From the NCBI RefSeq assembly GCF_018350175.1, contig NC_058368.1:31188001-31252000 (forward strand): a stretch of DNA of 64,000 nt, given 5' to 3'. Below the pieces are notes generated by a model. That model was not told where the DNA came from and ran no database searches. It worked only from the letters and a program-made list of their open reading frames with translations. Made by a program: the position numbers and the translations under genes. Of the stretch, positions 51,791 to 64,000 are shown piece after piece. This DNA is from Felis catus. Taxonomy: Eukaryota. The first letter of the stretch is position 1; the number at the start of each line of letters is the position of its first letter.

Positions 51791-52903
51791 CTATACTACA
51801 TTCTATGACTGATGCCAGCTGAGGAGTGGTTGGTGATGTACTGACATCTCTATGGTTGTTGCTATTGCTTCTGGTGAAGATGATACACATACATACATGG
51901 TCCCTTCCTTGCCCCAAACCATGGCTATATGGTCAATATCTTCATAATTGTCCCAGAAGTTCTTTGCTATCTTCACCACGAAAGACATTGGTAGGTTTGG
52001 TTAATTCAATTATGATACATGACTCAGTTAATGATTATGACCAGTAGGAATTTAGAATCTATTTACTATGAAAATATTATAAAGTTATTTAAACTTTTGT
52101 CATTTCCATTCAAATAGTACTTACTGAACATTCATGATCTGCAAGAAAGCAGGTTAAGAGCTAGATATGGGAAAAGGGCTTACTCAAATTATAAAAGCAT
52201 AATTTCTACTTCTTTAGAGTTGACTGTCATCAAGAAGTAGAGACAATTATATTCATATGCATAACACCAGAAATAAGGCAAATGTACCTTAGTTCAGAAA
52301 AGCATTTTACGTAAATACTAATACCCACACAGAATAAGGCATTTCCACTGAGAAAAATGCCTCTAAGAAGAGGTAGCACATACAGTTTAAAACATCTGTA
52401 GGGATTCAATTATCAGAGAAGAAACACAATTATAATAGGGTAAATATCATTAGGGAAGATGTGATTAGTTTTTCTTTTTTAATAATTCTTAATTTGAGAC
52501 CTGTTTTGGGGTTGGGACTAGAGATAAAGATTGGATAAATTACACGAGGGAGTAACAAAGGATATACTCTGGGCTTTACTCCCTGAGCAATGAAGAGGCT
52601 TCAAAGGTGCACAAATGTGTGAAGACTCACATTTGTGTTTAAGGATAAATACTCCACTGATAAATGTAACATAGAACTGAAAGAAGAAAAGTTAGAAACA
52701 TGTGGACTAAATAGTTTCACTTGCAAAATTTTCCCTAATGTCCCTAATGGGCATTTATTTATTTATCTTGAGAAGTTGGGTGCATTTGAAATCTATTTAT
52801 TTACGTTGATTTTAGTTGTTGGAAGAAAAGGGTGTATGAGGAACTAACCCGGTTGCTTAAGTAACAAGTTCTCTTTGCTGGGTTGTTTTACATCTCCAAC
52901 GTG

Positions 52904-52913
52904 CATATATATA

Positions 52914-52983
<70 letters not shown>

Positions 52984-53084
52984 TACATGTGTATATATAT
53001 ATGTATATATACACGTATATATACATATATATACACATGTGTATATATATGTATATATACGTGTATATATATATATATATATAT
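52904..53084. repeat. Compound (TA)n/(CA)n/(TG)n microsatellite
   Basis: Directly visible; source of several spurious YIYI ORFs. Confidence 0.95.
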
Positions 53085-53732
53085 CACAATAATTCTGAAT
53101 TGATTTTGAGTGACTTAAACTCAAAACTTAAAGGTAAAATGAAGACTAAAGGAAATGGAAAAATATCTCTATTGTTAAATAAGGAAATAGAAGAAAAGAT
53201 AAAACTCTGAACCTAGTGTCACAAAAGAAGCAAAATATGAGTGTTGATAAAAAGCACTAGGTTAGCGTGTACAACTGGACAGAACTTCAATAATGTGATT
53301 TAGAAGCTAAAGACTAATCTGTCAAAAGTATCTCTTTGCCAAAAGGTTATGGCGGTCACCATTTTATATAAAGTTCCATTAGGGATAATGTGTTCATTCC
53401 AGAAAATGTTTATATATTATTTTATAGGAGTTTCCTCCAAGTATAAATTCAACTCTCCAGAAATATTTCTTGGAAATTGTTTTCTTTTTTTTTTAACATT
53501 ATAGTGTAGATAATGGAGTCGGCTATATTATAATCCTCAGTTCTGAATTATTTGTCATTGTATTTGTCTTTTCCCTTTAATAATGATTGCCTTTCCGTTC
53601 CCATATCCACTGGCAAGTGTTCCTTGTTTTCATAAAATGTGTATTGTTATCTTGTGTGCATATATTTTAATATACATAAGTTGATTGTGCCATAGATCTC
53701 ACTAAACATTTTTTCCCATTAAGCATTACACT

Positions 53733-55911
53733 TTTTTTTAAGTTTTTATTTTAACTCCAAGTAGTTAACATACAGTGTTATATTAGTTTCAGGCATACAA
53801 TATAGTGATTCAACACTTCCATACATCACCCCAGGCTTGTCACGACAAGTACACTCTTCAATCCCCATCACCTATTTAACCCATACTCCCATCTCCTTCT
53901 TCTCTGGTAACCATCAGTTTGTTCTCAATTAGGAGTCTATTTCTTGATTTTTCTCTATTTCTCTTTTTTCCCTTTTCCTCATTTGTTCTGTTCCTTAATT
54001 CCACATGAGTGAAATCATATGATATTTGTATTCTCTGACTTCACTAGCATTACACACTCTAGCTCCATCCATGTTGTTACAAATGGCAATATTTCATTCT
54101 TTACTATGGCTGAGTAATATTCCATTGTAGATATATATATGTACTACCTGTTCTTTACCTATTCATCCATCTATGGACACTGGGAGGCTTTTATCTTGGC
54201 TATTGTAAATGCTGTGATAAACATAGGAGTGCATGTATCCCTTTGAATTAGTGTTCTTATATGCTTTGGGCAAATACCCAGTAGTGTTGAGTAACTTTTT
54301 GAGTAAAAAAAAAAGTTTTTCTCAAAAACTTTGACTTGTTCCTTTCAGAAATATTCATTTTTACTAATTTTGTATTTCTTACTTTTATACCATCACTTTT
54401 AGTCTCTCCTTCCCAAAGAGCCCCCTTTAATAATTCTTGGAGGGCTGGTTTAGTGGACATAAAATCCTTCAGTTTTTGTTTTTCTGGGAAAGTTTTTATG
54501 TCTCCTTTTCTGAATAATAATCTTGCTGAGTAGAGGATTATTGGCTGCAGATTTTCCCCATTCAGGAATTTAAATATATCATGCCACTCCCTTCTGGCTT
54601 GCACATTTCTTTTGTAAAGTCTCTTGTTAGCCTTATGGGTTTTCTCTTCTAAATTACTTTCTTTTGTCTTGCTGCTCTTAAATTTCTTTATCACTATATT
54701 TTGCAACTGTAATTATAGTATGTCTTGGTGTGGTCTGCTTTTGTTGATTTTGATGGGAGTTCACAGTGCCTCCAGGATCTGGATGTCTTTTTCCTTCCCA
54801 AGATTAGGGAAGTTTTCAGCTATTATTTCTTCAAATAAATTTTCTTCCCTCTTTTCTCTTTTTTCTTCTTCTGGGACTCCTACAATGCAAATGTTGTTGC
54901 AATTGACAGAATCACTGTGTTCCATAAGTCTATTCTTGTTTTACGTAATTATTTTTTCTCTCTTTTGTTCAACTTGGTTACTTTCCATTACTTTGTCTTC
55001 TAGGTCACTAATTCTTTCCTCTGCTTCTTCCATCTTGCTGTTCATTCCATCAAGCATGTTTCTCATTTCATTTATTGAGCCCTTTACCTCTGCTATGTTA
55101 TTCCTTATCTCTGGGTTAAGGGTCTCACTCATGTCTTCCACTCTTTTCTCAAGTCCAATGAGTATCATTATGATAATTGCTTTAAATTCTTTACCAGGCA
55201 AGTTACTTATATCTGTTTTGCTTAGCTCTCTGGACATTCCTTGTCCTATTCTTTCATTTAGAGTAAATTTCTCTGTCTCTTCATTTTGTCTGCCTGTCTG
55301 CATTGCTTTAAGGATGTCAGCTATGTTTTCTGGTCTTGAAAGTGGTGAGTTTACGAAGAGAAGGTCCTAGAATGTCCTGCAGTGCCATGTCTCCTGCAAC
55401 AGAACCTAGTGCTTCAGGAGAGTATCCTATGTGTTTTGTGTCTCAGTCACTTTTCCTTCAGATGACTGTATGGACTGTCTGTTGTAGACTGTGTTTGCTC
55501 TCTGTGGTGTCAGTGGGACCCAGGCAGGCCAGCTCTGAGGGATCATGCCCACTAGGTAACTTGTAAGCAGGGTGGTGGTGTTAGCAAAATTTGCACTGGG
55601 TCACTAATTCTATGCCAGATCCCCGAAAGTACTATGGTAGCTGGCGACCACACAGGGGTGGCTGGGGACACAAGGCTGAGGGCACTGGCTGGTGATGGCT
55701 GTGCACTCAGCAGCTGGACACAGTGTGCATGGCTTTAACAAAATTTGCTCTGAGCCCAGGGCTGAGGCTAGCAGGCATGGAGTGGGTGAATCCTTAGGAG
55801 AACTCACTGGCATGGCTCACTGCTAGCAGACTAGGTAGTAAGTATCTGTGCAGCTCCACCTCCTACACATGGCCCCGTGTTTATTCTGAGGGTGAGGGAA
55901 AATGGCACCTG
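53733..55911 (-). mobile_element. LINE-1 copy D: partial 5' UTR + ORF1 fused to the ORF2 tail and 3' UTR (most of ORF2 deleted)
   Basis: Minus strand: ORF1 ATG at 55284, coiled-coil region (EFKAIIIMILIGLEKRVEDMSE...) and C-terminus (QARREWHDIFK...KPALQELLKG). Junction at about 54285-54335, then the last ~550 nt of L1. Degenerate TSD ccattaagcattacact (53716-53732) / ccataaagattaaact (55912-55927). Confidence 0.9.
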
Positions 55912-56770
55912 CCATAAAGATTAAACTTTTAAATTCCCTCCTTGTTTTTATATGTAGATATATTGCATTGCCTTTGACTTCTACTTGAGTTCTGTGGAGT
56001 GTATTAATTACACTTTATCAATTCCGACAGTGATGGACACCATGATTAACTCTAATTCCCTACACTCACAAGAGTGCTGTCGTGAATACTCTTGCATGTT
56101 TCCATTAGAAATCTCTATGATAATCTCCTAGGAGTGGCATTTGTGGGTTATAGGCTGTACTTACTCATATGAATTATAAACAATGTGATCTCCAGAATAG
56201 ATATGCCAGCCTCTCTCTTACCAGCAGTGCATGGACATTCCTGTATTTCTACATCCTCACCAACACTTGCAATAACCCAGCTTTCTAATGAATGTAAAGT
56301 GATATCATATCATGTTTTCATTTTCAATTCTTTGTTTATTAAATTAATAAATGAATTTGAGCATGTCTGCAATATGCTTGTTAGCCTTTTGTGTTTTCTC
56401 TCCGGGGAACTGCATATTCTATTTTTCTAATAAACTGGTGCCAAAAAATTGATATACAGAAATTCATTATTTATTCTACATATATGTCTCCTCAACATTT
56501 TCAGGCCTCCCAAAAACAACTTTTCAATCTTTTGAATAACTGTAATCTGTTATCTTGGCCTTAATAATTTTTCACTGAGAACAAATGCTTAATTTTGTTT
56601 TAATGAAACTCTCAAAATGTTAATCTTTTCTATTTTTGCTTTGAGATTTTTTGGGGGGGGGGCACAGAATTCTTCCTCACTCTAAGGTAACAAAAGTCAC
56701 TACCTTATCTCAAATTAATTAAAAATTTTACCACTCACATTTTTATTTCTAAGTTTTACTTTAAAGCACC
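55912..56770 (-). mobile_element. Ancient L1M fragment (continues at about 53480-53732), host of L1 copy D
   Basis: Antisense ORF2 C-terminal motifs 'ctaggagtggcatttgtggg', 'acatcctcaccaacacttg', 'tttgagcatgt'. Confidence 0.6.
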
Positions 56771-56959
56771 TGTACCCATGCAATCTTATGGAAGTAATCA
56801 TTTTACATGTCCTTTAAAACAGGGAAAAGTGAAGATAGGAAACAGAAAGGATAAAAATTCATCTAAAAAAAATAACAATACATAGTTCCTTGATAGAAAA
56901 CAATACAGAGAAGGGTATATCCAAAGGATCAAATCACATAAAAGTTGTTAAATAGTGGT

Positions 56960-57369
56960 GGTATGGACTGAACGAGGCCTTACCAACCCCATTCATATAT
57001 TGAAACTCTAACGTGACTATATTTGAAGATAGGGCCTTTAAAAAAGCAACTGAGTTAAAATGAGGCTATTAGGGTGACCTTAAGTCAATCTGACTGGTGT
57101 CCTCTTCAGAAGTGGAGATTAGGATGTACAGAAAGAACCACAGATGCCCCTGCAGAGAGAGGAAACCATCTGACGATACACTGAGAAGGGGGCATCTACA
57201 AGCCTGGGAGAGCTAGGCTTCAGGAGAAACTGCTGACACCTTGATCTCAGAACTCCAGGCTTCAGAGTTTAGTAAATAAACTTCTGTTGTGGAAGCCACC
57301 CAGCCAGTGATACTTTGTTATAAGCAAGAGTAGACACTTCATTTAACATGGATCTACCAAACTAATACA
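56960..57369 (+). mobile_element. MaLR solo LTR (MLT1A/B-like)
   Basis: 'gtgactatatttgaagatagggcctttaa', 'ctgactggtgtcct', 'ctgctgacaccttgatctcagaactcc', ending 'aaactaataca'. Confidence 0.85.
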
Positions 57370-58849
57370 AGTGGATTAACATGAAAGTGAAACTTCAGAT
57401 GGAATTTCCAGAAAACATTCCTGCTACTAAATAATATTGGAATTATAAGACAATTACTCCAACTAAATGATGGAAATAGCATCCCTTGAAAAGATTTACA
57501 GCTACTAAGTGATAAATGCTAAATATCTTGTGCTTCAAGTGGTGTTTAACAGATGGGGCTGTGGATTGTTAGCTCATTTGTAGCACTAACTTCCATGTTC
57601 TATTAACTATTGTTCATTGTTTACTGAGTTATGCTGTTCTAAGAAGAAATGTGAATGGTGAATATACTGGAGAATAACAACATAGCTGTACATAAACAAA
57701 AGTAGCTGTTAGCTTAATTCCCCTTAAATAACAGTTTTAAGAAAGCACTGATCCGCTCTACTCAAATAAATCATTTATTCTTTAACCAAACATAAGTTGA
57801 AGAGTAACTTCTATTTCTTAGTTCCTTTGGTTCTCTTTGGCTCTCTAGTTCCCATTTAATAAATAGTTCTTTATTAGGATAACAGTGACTACTATCCTTA
57901 TGCAAATAAAAGTGAAGCATATTTCCACTTGTTATCAATGCTCTGACAGCAGAAGCTTAAGTTCAAAATAATGTTGTTTTTTTTCCTTAAATAGACCTCT
58001 TTCAACCTTTAGAAACTCTGTCGGTCTGAGATAGGTTTCTTAATATATTCAATGCTTTGATGATAACCAGCGCCAGGGCTGTATGCAACTGTCAATAAAT
58101 ACACATGGTGAGAAAAAGCATTATGAAATAACTCAAGATAAAATTTATTGGTGAGAACTGGAGCCACTATCATCACTCAACTGTCTCCTTTCATTTCGCC
58201 TAGGAATATGGCTTTTAAATTTTTTTTTTAACTTACCAAGGAGCATATTGCAGAAGCTAAAGAAATGGTAAGGACTCACTCATTGATTTATGTAATGCAC
58301 AAGCCTCCTGGCCTTAACTGGACTGAAGTTTACCTGAGTAATTCTTATATACCTAGACGATGACACCCTTCTTAAAGTGGTGATAAAACACCAACTCTGT
58401 CCAACGTTAAACCAGCCAGGCATAGAGGACAGCCACCTTCTCTCATCCTCATTCCTGTTGATAAGATTATATATCACTGGGACAACAGCATGTCTAATTC
58501 AAAATACGAAATGCCTCTTTGTTCTCTCACATACACTGAGGAAAAACATTTCGAAGTTTCCCAGCTCCCTGAGACTAATCATGACAAGTTGATTCTCATC
58601 AGGTGACAACCATTTTACTTGGGCCTATCAGAATATGTGCACTATAAACCAATTTGAAATGTCTTGAGATGATATGGCTTTCAGAATCTTATTACCTTAT
58701 CTTTATTTTCACAGAATAGGGTCAACAACTGGGAGGAACATATTATGAAAGGGCATATGAAGGTAGTCTGTCTTTCTCATTGTTGCTGTGTTGTTCCCAG
58801 CTCTTGTGTGTCCCCATTCCATTCTAGCCCTCACTCCTGCTATCTCACA

Positions 58850-59092
58850 GTACAATGAGCATAGCACTGGTGTTGTCTTGATCTGGATTCAAATCCTGAC
58901 TTTGGCACTTAATATCTGAGCCACTTTTGGGAAGATATTTAACTTTCTGAACTTTAATATCTATATCCATAAATGAAGTTAAGAACATTTACCTCATAGT
59001 GTTCTTGTAAGAATGAATTAAAATTATGAATTGATACTTCAGATACTTAGCATAGTGCCTGGAAAATGTGTGCCTCTTAATAAATGTTAGTA
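58850..59092 (+). mobile_element. MIR SINE relic
   Basis: 'ctggattcaaatcctgactttggcactta' and 'acttagcatagtgcctgg...aataaatgttag'. Confidence 0.72.
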
Positions 59093-59937
59093 TGTTCAAA
59101 CTCTGTCTATATGTAGGAAAGACATTTTATAGATATCAAAGATTATTAACACTTAATTTCAAGTATTTTTAAAAGGGAGACGAATTTGTTTTGATTCAAA
59201 AGACGGAGAATCCAATGTTTTAGAACTCAAGATATAAGCAAGAGTAGACACTTCATCTAACATGCAACTTAGTATGTGCATCTAATGCCATAATGAAAGA
59301 TATGTTTCCTATTGTCTTATTATAGAAAGCCTCATTCTATATTTTTCTTATTAACTCTTTAATTGCCTGAGTTAATATAGTTTTAAATTTTACGATATTG
59401 AATTGTGCCATGTTCCATTGCAAAAACTGCTCTAACAATTTTTCCTTTCAAATGGTAGAATAATGAAGTCTGAGGATGCTGGGATATACAGGCTGCAACA
59501 TTTGTCTTCTGAATTTATGCCAAATCCTTGACTGCATATGTACCAGCCAATATCTCAGGATTCTGACTTCCTTTTGGATTTTGATACTTTTAGCTTTGGC
59601 TTGAAATAACTTTCCCAGTCCCTTAAGAGTAAGGCCATGTTTTTCTATCTCTTGTTTTTAGTACTGACTTACCAAAGCGCTGTTTCTAGTAATGTTCATA
59701 ACCTTCCAGGAAATAGGTCACCTGACTTGGGTGTGCTTTAGATCTTTTTTCACAGAAAGCTTTTCGGTTGCAAACCTTTGGACTCTATGCAAATCAGCTC
59801 TAAAGCCCAGAACTGGCCTGACTGAGGAAATAAGTACTTGGGTACTGTTCAAAGTATGTGTGCTAAAGGTCCAGTTTATCTGTCTGATTGACTTTTTAAA
59901 ATTTCTGATTTATCACAGATAGATATTTTTTTTAAAT

Positions 59938-60596
59938 GCTGTGTTAATTTCACCTTATTTGACTGGGTCATGGAATACCCAGATACTCAAACATTATGCT
60001 GGGTACTTATATGACAGGGTCTCTTAATGAAATTAACACTTAAATTGGTACACTGAGTAAAGCAGATTGTCCCTCACTTTATTTGGGTGGGTCTCATCCA
60101 ACCACCCGAAGGCCTAAGTACAACAAAAAACCAGACCCTCTTTCCAGTAAGAAGGAATTCCTCCTGCTTGACTGATTTTGAGGTGGGACATTGGCTTTTC
60201 CTGCCTCCAGATTTAAACTGGAATGTCAGCTTTTCCTGAGTCAAGCCTATTGGCCTTCAAACCAGAACTAAGCCATCAGCTCTTCTGCGTCCCCAACGTA
60301 CTGACTCATCCTGATGGTGAGACTTGTATACCTTCATAATCTCATGAGCTAATTCTGTATAATGAGCATAGTATTATAATATATAATGTATATGTTATAT
60401 GTATATGTTATATGTATGTATATATTATATATTATATATTATATATGTATGTATATTATATATGTATATATTATATATGTTTATATGTATGTATATATTA
60501 TATATATATAATGTATATATTAGAGACAGAGGTATGTAGAGATACATAGACATATATCCTATAGGTTCTATTTCTCTGGAGAATTCTGACCATACA
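59938..60596 (+). mobile_element. ERVL solo LTR (MLT2-type) with internal TA-rich expansion
   Basis: 'actgagtaaagcagattgtccctc...gggtgggtctcatccaa' and end 'cctataggttctatttctctggagaattctgac'. AT repeat at 60360-60520. Confidence 0.85.
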
Positions 60597-62190
60597 TATA
60601 ATAAAATTATTTCTTACAAAAATTAAATAATTAAAACCAAACATGCAGAACACAAGGTCCAATTTTTATTTTTAGTATTACTCATTTAAACAGATGTGAA
60701 ATTATTCTGTAAAATTGCTCTAAAAGTTTGTAAGTGCTTTCTCTCCATTTCTGTTCTTACTTTATTGGTAACCATTAAGGAACCATTAAGCTCATGGATG
60801 CACACATGTCTACAGTCTAAACTTTGAGCAGCACTATTCTAATATATTTTAATATATCACTAGTGAATATGTATGTAAACCTTTCTTTTGAAGTAAGGAA
60901 AGGTTGTAGAAGAGTAGTTAAATTGGCATAGATCCTTTACAGTATTAAAAATATTCTGAACACACCCAGTATTGAACTTCCAGTATTTGTTACACTAAAC
61001 ACATGAGTAATACAAAATCAGTAAGACAAAAACATTTCCTTAGTGCAAAGAAGTAATCCTGCTTTCAAGGAGAAAGGGATGATAGGAAACATGTAAGCAA
61101 AAATTCATTTAAGCAAAAATGTAGCACATATTAAATTGCCAAGATGTGTGATATTTTATTTCGTAAAGATAGAAATCGGTATTGTTTGCACAATTGGCTT
61201 TCTTTCCTTAAACTCTGCAATCATTATGGAAGATGTGGGATAAAATGGACCTTGTAGAATGGGCAAGCCAGACAAGTGTAGACAAAAAATAATATTCCCC
61301 AAAGAAGTAAGAGATGATTAATAACACACCAATAGGCATGAGCGTGATGTGTCAATGGAAGAGTAAGGAGATGCATGGCCAAAATGTTAGAAAGAAGTAT
61401 TCTGAGAAATACCATTGAGGCCAGGTAATGGACAATTGTGGAAAAGCAAGATGAGATGATTTATCTACTGGTAGAAATAGTAAGTTCCAGAGGTTGTGAA
61501 CAGGACAGTGGCATAACAAATGCTGTGTATTAGTACTGAAGGCAACATGCCACTGCTATCAGGAAAAAAAAAATTGGGAGTCAAGAAAAAATCAATATGA
61601 TGGTGTCGACAGTTACCTTTGACAATTCAGACACAGTTGATGACATTTTCAACCAATATTGTTTTGTTTTGTTTTGTTTTGTTTTTGTCATCAAAATAGG
61701 CTTGAGACTCAGTGAATATGTCTTTTTCACTTCTCAAGAACAAAGGTATTTGACATCAAAGGAAGAAGATAAATGCTTCACATGAAGTAGACTTTGAGGT
61801 CTTTGAGAGTTAATACTCATGGTGATGATGGGTATTCTTTCCCATGAAATTTAGAAGATACCTAGCCATAGTCGTGTCCAGTGAAAAGTAAACTTGAGCC
61901 AAACTTCCCAGTGCTTTCCATGTACCGTGACACTAGAACTCACACCTCCTCTTTTGGAGCTTTCAGAAGGACAGCGAGAAAGAGGTAAATACCTTTGACA
62001 TCTGGCTGAAACCTGATGTGTTTTTACAAAACACAGAGATAGGACTGGGTCTTTATTATCATGTGAACAGCAACGGAGAAGCTACAATGGGAAAGGTGAA
62101 AGCTGACCCTGCATGAATTCTAAAACAAAAACTAGAGAGAGAGGGGGGAAACTATAGGAGATCTAATGTAAGAATTAGGAAAATGGAGTT

Positions 62191-62480
62191 GGGGGCATAT
62201 AGGTGGCTTAGTTGGTTAAGCCTCCAAATTCTGCTCAGGTCATGATCTCACAGTTGGTTGGTTCGAGCCCCACCTTGGGCTCTTTGCTGACAGTGCAGAG
62301 CCTGCTTGGGATTCTCTCTCCCTCTCTCTCTGCTCCTCCCCTGCTCCTGCTTGCTCTCTCTCTCTTTCAAATAAACATAAAATTCTCTCTTTCCCTCTGT
62401 TCCTCTCCCCCATGTGGTCTCTCTCTCCAAAATGAAAATTTAAAAAATTAAAAAGATAAAAAGATTTTGAAAATAAAAAA
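62191..62480 (+). mobile_element. Can-SINE with doubled 3' region
   Basis: TSD-like aggaaaatggagtt (62177-62190) / aggaaaatggcttt (62481-62494). Confidence 0.9.
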
Positions 62481-62999
62481 AGGAAAATGGCTTTGGGGCT
62501 ACAGGGGAGATCTATGCAAAAACAACCTCTAAAATCCAAAAGAGTAAAGCCTCGCCTTCCCTATCCTTTTCCCCCCAACCCTCCAAACTTTGTCCCCGGT
62601 TTTGTGGATTACGTGTGGTGAATTAGCTCAATTTCAAACTCCTACACCGCTATTGTCCTACAGCCTCAAATAGTTAGAAAAATAAGCATGTCCATCAGGG
62701 GTCACTCTGTGATAATCCAGAAACATTGTTAAGCAAGGGTTAGGGACAGGAGGGGACACAGAGGAGAAGGATAGCACATATTCTTGTGGTCTGGTGGATT
62801 GTGGACTTTTAGGGAGATTTAATAGGCAGTAAACTCTCTTCAAACTTAAGAGACTAAATTGACTTGTTCCCTGAGGCTAATAAGTACCTGTCCAGAATTT
62901 AAAAAGAGGCTAGGTCACAAGAGTTTTATTAGAAAAACTATTCTTGTGTAAAATGAAGAACATAAAGACATCAGAATCCTAGAAGAATATAGTAATATC

Positions 63000-63200
63000 A
63001 ATTAATTCCATGAGCAAGTATTTACTGAACGTCTATGTTCAGAGTACTGTATTAATCACTGCCACTGAGATGCTAGATAATCTGGAGAGACATAAATGGC
63101 AAATACAAGGTATTATACATTGTGTTATATAATGAGATGCTAAATTCTGTGATACAGACGTTAGGAGTCAGAAAATGAGGGAAAGGGTATCAGTGTCGAG
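63000..63200 (-). mobile_element. LINE-2 3' relic
   Basis: 'agcaagtattttactgaacgtctatgttcagagtactgt'. Confidence 0.5.
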
Positions 63201-64000
63201 AGATAAGGGAGAAGAGAATTCTTCCAGGAGATGAAGCCAAGTTAGCCATAAATGACAAGTAATATGTGAATAGGCACATATTATGGAAGACACAAAGGAT
63301 CCAGTTATGGATGATTATATTCAGAACTCCAGGCGCTGCATAGGATCCTTTTCTTGGAAATAAGCTAAGCTTATTCCAAGTCCAAGTGAACTGAGAAAAT
63401 TCATCCCCCCTCACAAAGAACTATCTCATTGCCTGAAAGTACTCATTTTATCACTATAATTTGTGTTAGCGTACTCAAAATGTCACATCAATTTTAAGAG
63501 TTTATCCACGTGATTTATACATCAGACTTTCTTTGGCATCCAAAATCTCAACTTTCCTGTTCACACTTCCTTATTTGTTCCTAGTCACAGACTGCCACAA
63601 TGACTGCTTCCTTGCTCCTGTTTTATTGCTTCCCCCTCATTGATAAATACAGGCAAACAGGAACGGCATAACTTATTTACAGATAAGAAGCTTACTATTT
63701 ATGATCAATAATGTTATATCTCTTTGATCTGGCAACTCAGCTAGAACCATAACAGCCAGAATTTATTACTAGTAAATCAATATGAGGTTCCTCTGCCATG
63801 CATCTCTTTCAGAATCTGTGTAAGTGTAAGGGTTAGCATCATATAATGAGTCCATTCTCTTCTAGATATCTGCATGTTTTTGGATATTGTAAACATGGGA
63901 ATTAATTTTTCACAAGAGAATCTAGACTACATCTTCAGGGAATGACATGTCTATCACTTAGTGGTAGCTAAGGTGCTGGTTCTAAAGTTGTCTTAAGATT

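Noticed and set aside
52844..53210. Cluster of overlapping YIYI/THTH ORFs
   Set aside because: These are translations of a TA/CA microsatellite.
54624..55370. Longest ORF in the track (248 aa, plus strand), hydrophobic and Ser/Leu-rich
   Set aside because: It is the antisense shadow of L1 ORF1 in copy D. There is no independent sign of coding function.
58204..58266. AG...GTAAG-bounded candidate exon
   Set aside because: It contains a T homopolymer and stops, with no recognisable product. A non-coding exon cannot be supported from sequence alone.
1..64000. CRISPR array, operon or prokaryotic defence system
   Set aside because: The DNA is mammalian, with no regularly spaced repeat-spacer array and no gene-dense region.

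Overview
AT-rich, repeat-dense mammalian genomic DNA. The near-consensus felid-type Can-SINEs at 14363 and 38563 point to a cat-family genome. I can support no intact host protein-coding exon, so the window looks intergenic or deep-intronic. Almost every ORF in the track is a decayed transposon frame, an antisense shadow of one, or a translated microsatellite. Main contents: (1) a cluster of three plus-strand carnivore LINE-1s (0.7-27 kb) with nested L1s and many Can-SINEs; (2) a 5'-truncated RPL4 processed pseudogene at about 33.9-34.1 kb; (3) a complete but decayed class I (gamma-like) provirus at 39562-47541 with both LTRs, a TGCC target-site duplication (TSD), a tRNA-Arg(ACG)-like primer-binding site (PBS), gag-pro-pol and a short ERVV-like env; (4) a minus-strand L1 lacking nearly all of ORF2; (5) MaLR/ERVL LTRs and L2, MIR and hAT relics. 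The most notable unexplained structures are apparent patchy homogenisation among the three neighbouring L1s, a 72-nt hairpin with a perfect 20-bp stem, and several locally templated insertions, inversions and duplications. I found no evidence of a new functional gene system. Repeat subfamily names come from recognition, not a database search, and boundaries without a TSD are approximate.
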